Positions 9,091 to 15,460 of a stretch of 44,931 nucleotides of DNA are shown here, piece by piece. The stretch is from a virus (Duplodnaviria > Caudoviricetes): the IMG/VR virus record IMGVR_UViG_3300037483_001258, positions 1 through 44,931 of that record. The stretch is one strand, 5' to 3'. The position numbers and the translations under genes are program-made. Every line of letters starts with the position of its first letter. The stretch's first letter is position 1. Under the pieces are notes generated by a model, which ran no database searches, had not been told where the DNA came from, and worked only from the letters and a program-made list of their open reading frames with translations.

Positions 9091-10119
9091 ATGGATTCAC
9101 AGCTTGCGTTGTACGCTGAATTCGGATTTTCTAAAGATCCTTTTGTACAGGCGGAGAGGATGGAAACCGCGGACGCGCTCAAGATCAAGCGGCTTGTCGG
9201 CATGGCGATTGATTCGCGCGCAATGGTGACGGTGCACGGGCCGCGCGGCTTTGGCAAGAGCGACGCGATAAAAAAGGCGCTCGCGGGCCGGGCGAAAACC
9301 ATCGTGGTCCGGCTGGCCTCGACGGAGAATGAAGCGGTGACGATCGGCGATATTGAAAAGGCGCTGATCCTTGACGTGAGCGAGGTGCTCACGCCGGTTG
9401 AGACGCCGAAGCGCTCGCGGGAGGTGCGGGCCCGGCAGCTCAGGCGCATCGTGGGCGAGGCCTCGAAGTCGGATAAAAACTACAGCGTGATCCTGATTCT
9501 TGAGGACGCGCAGTGCATGCACGCCGCGACGCTGCGCTCCATCAAGCGCTTGCGGGAGCTGGAGTATCACGGCATGGACAGGCTTGTAACCGTGCTGCTG
9601 ACGGCGCAGTGGGACCCGTTCAGGTCGCAGGCGCTGGACGAGGTGCGGCTGCGGTCCGACAAAATCGAGATGAAGGGGCTGACCTCCTCGGAGATCAAGG
9701 AATACGTCGGGCATACCGTGGGCCGGGTTTTCGAGGACGACGCGGTTGAGGCCGTGTCCCGCATTGGCGGGCCGAACGGCCGAGGGCAGAATTTCCTTGA
9801 GCTGCAGGAGCTGCTTTGCGACCTGATGGACACAGCGCTGATGCACGGGCACAAAAAGGTGAAGGCCATCGACGTGTTCTCAAAAACAGGCGGGGGCCTG
9901 AAAGAGCTGCTCAAGGAGGCGGGGATATCGCAGGCTGACGCGGCGCGTGAGGCCAACGTGACGGCCGGTGAGGTGTCCGTGCTGGTGAACAACAAACAGA
10001 GCTCTATATCAGATGCGAGGGCGATACAGACGAAAAACGCGCTTTTGGAAATCGCGGCGAAGCGGCTGAAGGAAAAGGCGGTTGTCGCCGAGCTTCCGGG
10101 GCGAGCGGTGAACCAGTAA
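9091..10119 (+). CDS. Transposition ATPase (B protein, AAA+) with C-terminal HTH
   Basis: Walker A GPRGFGKS, Walker B-like ILILEDAQ, C-terminal ISQADAAREANVTAGEVS. Confidence 0.85.
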   Translation: MDSQLALYAEFGFSKDPFVQAERMETADALKIKRLVGMAIDSRAMVTVHGPRGFGKSDAIKKALAGRAKTIVVRLASTENEAVTIGDIEKALILDVSEVLTPVETPKRSREVRARQLRRIVGEASKSDKNYSVILILEDAQCMHAATLRSIKRLRELEYHGMDRLVTVLLTAQWDPFRSQALDEVRLRSDKIEMKGLTSSEIKEYVGHTVGRVFEDDAVEAVSRIGGPNGRGQNFLELQELLCDLMDTALMHGHKKVKAIDVFSKTGGGLKELLKEAGISQADAAREANVTAGEVSVLVNNKQSSISDARAIQTKNALLEIAAKRLKEKAVVAELPGRAVNQ

Positions 10120-10193
10120 GGCTGTAAAGATTTTGGTTCAAGCGGTTCAAACGGTTCAAGCGGCTTAAACAAAAAAATCATCACGGAGGGGCG

Positions 10194-10511
10194 ATGATAC
10201 TGTCGATGGTCGTGTGCGTTGCGATGGGGTTCGGGCTCGGGTATCTGTTTCGGATGATTGATGCGGCTCCGGGGTATTCGGAGGAGCAGGTCGGGGTGAT
10301 CGGTGCGGAGTGCGCGGCGCTGGTCGATGGGGACAACTCTATAGCGAGGGAGGCGGGGTATGAATTGCGATCTGAAATTGAACGGGACGTGCCGGGGAGA
10401 GAAGCACCATGGGCAGGTATGTTCGCGGCTGCGGCCGCTTATCTGCGACGTGCGGGCGCGGATGGAAAAAGAGCGGGCGCGGAAGAGGCGGCGGATCGGG
10501 CGGGCAGATGA
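10194..10511 (+). CDS. Hypothetical membrane-anchored protein
   Basis: RBS GGAGG; hydrophobic N-terminus. Confidence 0.55.
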   Translation: MILSMVVCVAMGFGLGYLFRMIDAAPGYSEEQVGVIGAECAALVDGDNSIAREAGYELRSEIERDVPGREAPWAGMFAAAAAYLRRAGADGKRAGAEEAADRAGR

Positions 10512-10592
10512 ACCGATGGGGATAGGGGCGTAGAGGAAAAGAAAACCGTTCAAGCGGTTTCAACCGTTTCAATCGTTCAAACAGGAGGGGCA

Positions 10593-11153
10593 ATGGCAAG
10601 GATAAAACCGAAAAACAGCATCACAACGCGGGCGCAGGCCGAGGCGGCGCTGGCGAAACTGAACAGCATCGACGCGAGTCTTGCGCGGATGGACCTGGAC
10701 GAGGCGGAGGCCGTGGCGATGGTGCGGGATACGCATCAGCATAAACAGCGTGAGGCCGGCAGGCCGGGGATGGAAGCGGAGAAGGCGCTCATTGTGAAAG
10801 AGCTCGAAGCGTGGGCAGAGGGCGACGCGGCCTCGTGGGGCAAGCGGTCGTTTGAGACGGCGTTCGGGACCATGGGATTCCGCGTGGGGCAGCCGACGGT
10901 AGTGCTCATCAAGCGTATCGCAAAAAAATGGGATGCGGCGCTGGAGCTGCTGCGGCTGCACCTGGAGCAGTATGTGCGCGAGGTGCCGGAGATAGACAAA
11001 GCGCAGATACTCGCGGACAAAACTGCGGGGGTGCTTGACGTTCCGCAACTGGCGGAGTGCGGGCTGGAAGTGCGGCAGGAGGATGAGTTCTGGGTTGAAA
11101 CCTCCGCATCGAAAGATCTGGAGGACGCGGCAAAAAAACTGCGTGCGGCGTGA
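10593..11153 (+). CDS. gam: Gam-like host-nuclease inhibitor
   Basis: KRSFETAFGTMGFR, YVREVPEIDKAQI, GLEVRQEDEFWVE; Mu early-region position. Confidence 0.85.
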   Translation: MARIKPKNSITTRAQAEAALAKLNSIDASLARMDLDEAEAVAMVRDTHQHKQREAGRPGMEAEKALIVKELEAWAEGDAASWGKRSFETAFGTMGFRVGQPTVVLIKRIAKKWDAALELLRLHLEQYVREVPEIDKAQILADKTAGVLDVPQLAECGLEVRQEDEFWVETSASKDLEDAAKKLRAA

Positions 11154-11347
11154 TGGGCTTGGGGCGCACGGGGAAAACAATAGGCGGCGAGGAGTGGGCG
11201 CCACGGCTGTGCGGGGAGTGCCGGGAGTATAACCTCTCGCTCTGCCGGGTCTGGAAACAGTACAAGAGCGCGCGGGGATCGGCGTGTAGTCGGTTTCTTT
11301 TGCGGGAGAAAAGCGGTGGCGAGCAAGCGGCGGATTCGCAGGCATGA
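11150..11347 (+). CDS. Small Cys-rich hypothetical protein
   Basis: CGEC...C...C pattern; overlaps the gam stop. Confidence 0.45.
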   Translation: MMGLGRTGKTIGGEEWAPRLCGECREYNLSLCRVWKQYKSARGSACSRFLLREKSGGEQAADSQA

Positions 11348-11504
11348 GTGCAGTAGGAAAGCGCGCTTTGACTGCCAGAAAAAAGCTGCGTCGGCCGCAT
11401 GGCGGGCGCGGCGCCGGACCTGCGATGTGATCAGCGCGTATCATTGCAGGCTCTGCAACGGGTGGCATATCGGGCATCGGAAGCCCGGGAAAATTCGGCA
11501 GTGA
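11316..11504 (+). CDS. Small basic Zn-finger-like protein
   Basis: CSRKARF...AYHCRLCNGWHIGH. Confidence 0.6.
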   Translation: MASKRRIRRHECSRKARFDCQKKAASAAWRARRRTCDVISAYHCRLCNGWHIGHRKPGKIRQ

Positions 11505-11515
11505 CGGAGGGCGCT

Positions 11516-11863
11516 ATGGACCAGGCGATTATGACGGACGAGGAGCAACGAGTGTGGCAGGTGCTCGCTACGTGTAGGGGCCGGGGCATGGCGATCCTGG
11601 GGCCGGAGGTTGCGGAGCTGACGGGCATCGGCTACAAGCGTGTGCAGAAAATCATCAGCGATCTCGTCTGCCATCACGGGAAACCGGTGGGGTCCGGGAC
11701 GTGCGGGTATTACATCCCGGTGACGCCGCAGGAGGATGAGGACGCGGCGTACTATCTGCGGCATCGGGCGATCGTGGCGCTGTATCGGGCGAGTTTGCGG
11801 CAGAGGGCGAGTCTGGAGGCGGTGTATCAGCAGGCGGTGCTGGAGTTTGAGGGGGTGGGGTAG
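11516..11863 (+). CDS. Winged-HTH phage protein
   Basis: RBS GGAGG; EVAELTGIGYKRVQKIISDL...PVGSGTCGYY. Confidence 0.7.
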   Translation: MDQAIMTDEEQRVWQVLATCRGRGMAILGPEVAELTGIGYKRVQKIISDLVCHHGKPVGSGTCGYYIPVTPQEDEDAAYYLRHRAIVALYRASLRQRASLEAVYQQAVLEFEGVG

Positions 11864-11926
11864 CAAGCATTCGGTTCGCGCTGAATCTATCTCATCACCA
11901 ATCAGCGAGGGATCGCCCCATTCATC
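11862..11926 (-). other. Degenerate terminal attC-like site
   Basis: The plus strand folds CGGTTCGCGCTGA against TCAGCGAGGGATCG with an extrahelical G, but the R-box cores are AAG and ATT instead of AAC and GTT. Confidence 0.45.
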
Positions 11927-11959
11927 GGCGCTGCAATATCAGAGAATTGAGGAGCGAGA

Positions 11960-12109
11960 ATGCCAAACTATCTTACGGCAAAGGAATTAAGGGACTATCT
12001 GGCACAAGTAGACGATGATGCACTAATCGCTCTATCGGTGAAAAATGATGCGACAGCGAAACGTGTTATTTTGGATTCGTCTAAAGAGGTCATTTGCATT
12101 ACAGACTAA
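11960..12109 (+). CDS. 49-aa cassette ORF (not in the supplied ORF track)
   Basis: GAGGAG RBS, MPNYLTAKELRDYLAQVDDDALIALSV...VICITD*; lies between attC-like sites. Confidence 0.6.
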   Translation: MPNYLTAKELRDYLAQVDDDALIALSVKNDATAKRVILDSSKEVICITD

Positions 12110-12138
12110 GCGACGAAATTCTACATCCACGCAGCGCC

Positions 12139-12195
12139 GATGAACGCCCGGATGACGGGCGCGGGTCTTGCGACCCGTCGATACGTTGGTTATGT
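12139..12195 (-). other. attC site 1 (57 bp)
   Basis: Minus strand ACATAAC-CAACG-TATCGACG-GGTCGC..GCGCC-CGTCATC-CGGGC-GTTCATC fits R'', 5 nt, 8-nt L'' with extra C, 7-nt L', 5 nt, R'. Confidence 0.85.
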
Positions 12196-12203
12196 GAGGT
12201 TTT

Positions 12204-12494
12204 ATGAACATCAATTTACTGTTAAGTAAGCTACGAAATCCACACGGACTATCGTGTTGTGAATTACGCGAGATTCGGCTTGAAGCGGCCGACAAAATCG
12301 AGTCGTTTCAGGAAGCATATTTAAATATGCGGGAATGGGCAGAGTCAAACGGGTTAGATACTACCACGCACGGCAAGACTGATATTTGTTCAGAATGCGG
12401 TATTTCTACGGGGAAGCCACATCCGTATAAACAAGATTTTCACGACAAAAAGTGCAACACATGCGGACGAGATTATGGTTTTAAAATCACATAA
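12204..12494 (+). CDS. Cassette-borne hypothetical protein with C-terminal CxxC...CxxC
   Basis: GAGG RBS just after attC1; its stop TAA overlaps the R box of attC2. Confidence 0.75.
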   Translation: MNINLLLSKLRNPHGLSCCELREIRLEAADKIESFQEAYLNMREWAESNGLDTTTHGKTDICSECGISTGKPHPYKQDFHDKKCNTCGRDYGFKIT

Positions 12495-12594
12495 CGCTGA
12501 GCTGTGGGGCGCGGGGTTCGCGTCCCATTCGTTGCCGTGCGCCTGCGGTTTCCGGCGAAGATCATGACGATAGAACACGAGCGATTGGTTATAC
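12489..12594 (-). other. attC site 2, interrupted by a 49-bp insert
   Basis: Removing 12527-12575 gives a 57-bp canonical site GTATAAC-CAATC-GCTCGTGG-GGACGCG..CGCGCC-CCACAGC-TCAGC-GTTATGT, closely related to attC4. Confidence 0.85.
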
Positions 12595-12605
12595 GGGGGT
12601 TGACG

Positions 12606-13220
12606 TTGATCGAAATGCACAACATAGACTGCATGGAAGCAATGAAGCAAATGCCGGACAAGGCGTTTGATCTTGCTATCGTCGATCCGCCGTATGGCAT
12701 AGGAGCGGAAAACGGCACGGGCGATTACAGTAAGGCCGTCTGTAAAAAGGGCAAGAAGTGGGACAAAGCGCCGGGGCCTGAATATTTCATGGAACTGTTC
12801 CGGGTAAGCAGTAATCAAATAATATGGGGCGCAAACTACTTCACGCTTCCGCCGAGACGCGGGTATGTCTGTTGGTATAAAACAGACGAGGTAAAGGGCC
12901 GCGATTTTTCAGAGTTTGAATTAGCGTGGACGAGCTTTGACAGACCCGCGAGGCACTTCGCGGAAAAACCATTTTTAAGAAACGGCATACGGATACACCC
13001 GACACAGAAACCCGTTTCATTGTACGAATGGCTTTTGACACAGTACGCAAAGCCAGGCGATAGAATCCTTGATACGCACGGGGGCAGTCTTAGCATTGCG
13101 ATTGCCTGCGACAAATTAGGGTACGATCTCACCGTCTGCGAAATTGACGCAGAGTATTATGAGTCTGCAAAACAGCGAATAGAAGAGCACAAGCGGCAAG
13201 GGAAGATGGTTTTTGTATAA
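12606..13220 (+). CDS. Orphan N6-adenine/N4-cytosine DNA methyltransferase, beta class (cassette)
   Basis: AIVDPPYG, IHPTQKP, ILDTHGGSLS. Probable TTG start at 12606; the longer ORF call runs through the attC. Confidence 0.9.
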   Translation: MIEMHNIDCMEAMKQMPDKAFDLAIVDPPYGIGAENGTGDYSKAVCKKGKKWDKAPGPEYFMELFRVSSNQIIWGANYFTLPPRRGYVCWYKTDEVKGRDFSEFELAWTSFDRPARHFAEKPFLRNGIRIHPTQKPVSLYEWLLTQYAKPGDRILDTHGGSLSIAIACDKLGYDLTVCEIDAEYYESAKQRIEEHKRQGKMVFV

Positions 13221-13273
13221 CAACGAATTGACCCGCCGCGCTTTTCGCGGGCGGGTCGGATGACTGGTTAGGA
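13215..13273 (-). other. attC site 3 (59 bp)
   Basis: Minus strand TCCTAAC-CAGTC-ATCCGACC-CGCCCGCG AAAAG CGCGGCG-GGTCAAT-TCGTT-GTTATAC. Confidence 0.9.
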
Positions 13274-13280
13274 CCAGCAT

Positions 13281-13790
13281 CTAGCGAAATCTCGGGCCAA
13301 TCCGAAAGGTAGTCATATGTTTTGTTCCTACGGTTTCATCTTCCTCATTATTCAGTTCTATCGCCATGGCGCGGATGTTCTCACCCATGTTGGCCGCATT
13401 GATTTTTTTCCCGGTCGCCGCGGACACAAGGTATCCCTCTACAATGTAATCCCAATCAGCGGCACCGGTTATTTTGTGGCTGCATTGGGTCGCCCATCCA
13501 GCGGACACAATAGGATATTCGCGGGGTCGCCCGCCCTGTTTTCCGTTTTCACGGGAAGAAGCGGACTTCTTTTCCGAACGAATAGAACCGAGAGCAGCAG
13601 CAGCCATAGAGGCACGGAATTGATCCACCAGCTCAGGAACGTAACGGCTCAACAGATTCAGCCGGTCCGACAGAATCGCCGGGGAGGCATTAGAGAGATC
13701 GGCCAGGTAGCCCATTGCGGAACGGGGAATACGGTAATCGCTGCCCATCTGAGTTACGATCATGCTCTGTTTTGCGGTAAGGGTCTTCAT
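13281..13790 (-). CDS. Cassette protein, 169 aa, with basic ENGKQGGRP motif (copy 1)
   Basis: AAGGAG RBS and its own promoter; AAAALGSIRSEKKSASSRENGKQGGRPR. Confidence 0.8.
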   Translation of the reverse strand: MKTLTAKQSMIVTQMGSDYRIPRSAMGYLADLSNASPAILSDRLNLLSRYVPELVDQFRASMAAAALGSIRSEKKSASSRENGKQGGRPREYPIVSAGWATQCSHKITGAADWDYIVEGYLVSAATGKKINAANMGENIRAMAIELNNEEDETVGTKHMTTFRIGPRFR

Positions 13791-13829
13791 TTTTCGGTTC
13801 TCCTTTTTCGCTGGATTTGTGCTGCACTG

Positions 13830-13866
13830 TTGACAATACTATATCCTATCGTTAGATTATTGTCAA
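13830..13866. promoter_or_regulatory. Overlapping bidirectional sigma70-type promoters (copy 1)
   Basis: Plus: TTGACA(13830)-17-TAGATT(13853). Minus: TTGACA(13866)-17-TATAGT(13843). Confidence 0.75.
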
Positions 13867-13922
13867 GGGGAAAAGATAGAAAAGATACTTATTTTTTGAG
13901 GGCAGAAAAGGCCGGTTTTTGG

Positions 13923-13980
13923 GTCTAACGCTTAGCTGTGGGGCGCGTCCCCCAGCGGCCCCACGAGCGTTTTGTTATAC
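13923..13980 (-). other. attC site 4 (58 bp)
   Basis: Minus strand GTATAAC-AAAAC-GCTCGTGG-GGCCGC..GCGCC-CCACAGC-TAAGC-GTTAGAC. Confidence 0.9.
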
Positions 13981-13991
13981 GAGGTTTTGAC

Positions 13992-14666
13992 TTGATCGAA
14001 CTGCGCAATATAGACTGCATGGAAGCCATGAAAGAGATGCCGGATAAGGCGTTTGCTTTGGCGATTGTCGATCCGCCGTATGCTGTCGGTGCAAGCGATG
14101 GAACCTTCGGGCGTGGCGGAGCAAAGAGTCGCATTAAGGAATACAGGGCGGACTTGAAGCATTACGCAAACCATGATCTAACGCCAGGGCGCGAGTATTT
14201 TCTTGAACTGTTCCGCGTAAGTAAAAATCAGATTATTTGGGGAGCAAATTACTACCCGGAATACTTGTATCACAGTGGGTGGATTGTTTGGGACAAAGTA
14301 AAATCAGACGGTTGGCTGTCGGAAGCGGAACTTGCTTTCCAGTCTTTAGATAAGCGCGTAAAAATATTTAAGCACGAATGGGAAGGTTTCCGGCGGGCAG
14401 CAGGAAGCTTTGAGCAGACGTTGGCGCGGACTATACACCCGAATCAAAAACCAGTGCGGTTATACGAATGGTGTTTGAGCAACTATGCGAAGCCTGGCGA
14501 TAATATTTTAGATACTCATTTGGGCAGCGGCAGCATAGCGATAGCGTGCAACCGGTTGGGGTATGATCTTACAGGGTACGAACTGGACGCGGAATATTTT
14601 GAGAAAGCAAAGAAGCGACTGGAAGAGCATAAAAAGCAAGGGCAGCTATTTGATGTTCACGTATAA
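13992..14666 (+). CDS. Second orphan beta-class DNA methyltransferase (cassette)
   Basis: AIVDPPYA, IHPNQKP, ILDTHLGSGS; GAGG RBS and TTG start; paralogue of 12606-13220 with a divergent middle. Confidence 0.9.
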   Translation: MIELRNIDCMEAMKEMPDKAFALAIVDPPYAVGASDGTFGRGGAKSRIKEYRADLKHYANHDLTPGREYFLELFRVSKNQIIWGANYYPEYLYHSGWIVWDKVKSDGWLSEAELAFQSLDKRVKIFKHEWEGFRRAAGSFEQTLARTIHPNQKPVRLYEWCLSNYAKPGDNILDTHLGSGSIAIACNRLGYDLTGYELDAEYFEKAKKRLEEHKKQGQLFDVHV

Positions 14667-14719
14667 CAACGAATTGACCCGCCGCGCTTTTCGCGGGCGG
14701 GTCGGATGACTGGTTAGGA
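14661..14719 (-). other. attC site 5 (identical to attC3)
   Basis: Same sequence as 13215-13273. Confidence 0.9.
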
Positions 14720-14726
14720 CCAGCAT

Positions 14727-15236
14727 CTAGCGAAATCTCGGGCCAATCCGAAAGGTAGTCATATGTTTTGTTCCTACGGTTTCATCTTCCTCATTATTCA
14801 GTTCTATCGCCATGGCGCGGATGTTCTCACCCATGTTGGCCGCATTGATTTTTTTCCCGGTCGCCGCGGACACAAGGTATCCCTCTACAATGTAATCCCA
14901 ATCAGCGGCACCGGTTATTTTGTGGCTGCATTGGGTCGCCCATCCAGCGGACACAATAGGATATTCGCGGGGTCGCCCGCCCTGTTTTCCGTTTTCACGG
15001 GAAGAAGCGGACTTCTTTTCCGAACGAATAGAACCGAGAGCAGCAGCAGCCATAGAGGCACGGAATTGATCCACCAGCTCAGGAACGTAACGGCTCAACA
15101 GATTCAGCCGGTCCGACAGAATCGCCGGGGAGGCATTAGAGAGATCGGCCAGGTAGCCCATTGCGGAACGGGGAATACGGTAATCGCTGCCCATCTGAGT
15201 TACGATCATGCTCTGTTTTGCGGTAAGGGTCTTCAT
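14727..15236 (-). CDS. Cassette protein, 169 aa (copy 2)
   Basis: Translation identical to 13281-13790. Confidence 0.8.
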   Translation of the reverse strand: MKTLTAKQSMIVTQMGSDYRIPRSAMGYLADLSNASPAILSDRLNLLSRYVPELVDQFRASMAAAALGSIRSEKKSASSRENGKQGGRPREYPIVSAGWATQCSHKITGAADWDYIVEGYLVSAATGKKINAANMGENIRAMAIELNNEEDETVGTKHMTTFRIGPRFR

Positions 15237-15275
15237 TTTTCGGTTCTCCTTTTTCGCTGGATTTGTGCTGCACTG

Positions 15276-15312
15276 TTGACAATACTATATCCTATCGTTA
15301 GATTATTGTCAA
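15276..15312. promoter_or_regulatory. Overlapping bidirectional promoters (copy 2); the plus-strand one faces intI
   Basis: Same sequence as 13830-13866. Confidence 0.75.
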
Positions 15313-15368
15313 GGGGAAAAGATAGAAAAGATACTTATTTTTTGAGGGCAGAAAAGGCCGGTTTTTGG

Positions 15369-15390
15369 GTCTAACATGGAGTAGGTAGCC
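15369..15390 (-). other. Putative attI
   Basis: Minus strand GGCTACCTAC-TCCAT-GTTAGAC has a core GTTRRRY and a degenerate L box with no attC hairpin. It sits at the exact end of the duplicated cassette, just 5' of intI. Confidence 0.7.
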
Positions 15391-15460
15391 AAAACGGCTT
15401 TCTAAATCGGGGGCAACAAGGGGCATGGGGCTGAAATCATTAAAATCGGGGAGGTGTGGG

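Larger units (their letters stand above)
13215..13929. repeat. 715-bp direct repeat, copy 1 (one whole cassette plus core site)
   Basis: Appears identical to 14661-15375 (offset 1446); both boundaries fall on R-box core sites. Confidence 0.95.
14661..15375. repeat. 715-bp direct repeat, copy 2 (attI-proximal cassette)
   Basis: Matches 13215-13929 and diverges immediately after GTCTAAC. Confidence 0.95.

Noticed and set aside
12104-12115. GACTAAGCGACG resembling the reversed right end GACTAAAGCGACG
   Set aside because: Short, gapped and isolated; likely chance.
12504-12605. N-terminal extensions of the MTase ORFs (also 13938-13991)
   Set aside because: They run through attC sequence; the paralogues align as proteins from the TTG starts, which have RBSs.
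13317-13928. 203-aa plus-strand ORF (and its copy 14763-15374)
   Set aside because: Antisense shadow of the 169-aa gene, which has the promoter and RBS.
12139-15375. CRISPR array or diversity-generating retroelement as the explanation of the repeats
   Set aside because: Repeats are separated by whole genes and have attC geometry. No cas or reverse transcriptase gene is visible, and the duplicate shows no adenine-specific differences.
15376-15460. LexA box or Pc promoter for the integron
   Set aside because: No CTGT-N8-ACAG or convincing -35/-10 pair seen; only a short AAATCGGGG direct repeat. A non-proteobacterial LexA motif cannot be excluded.
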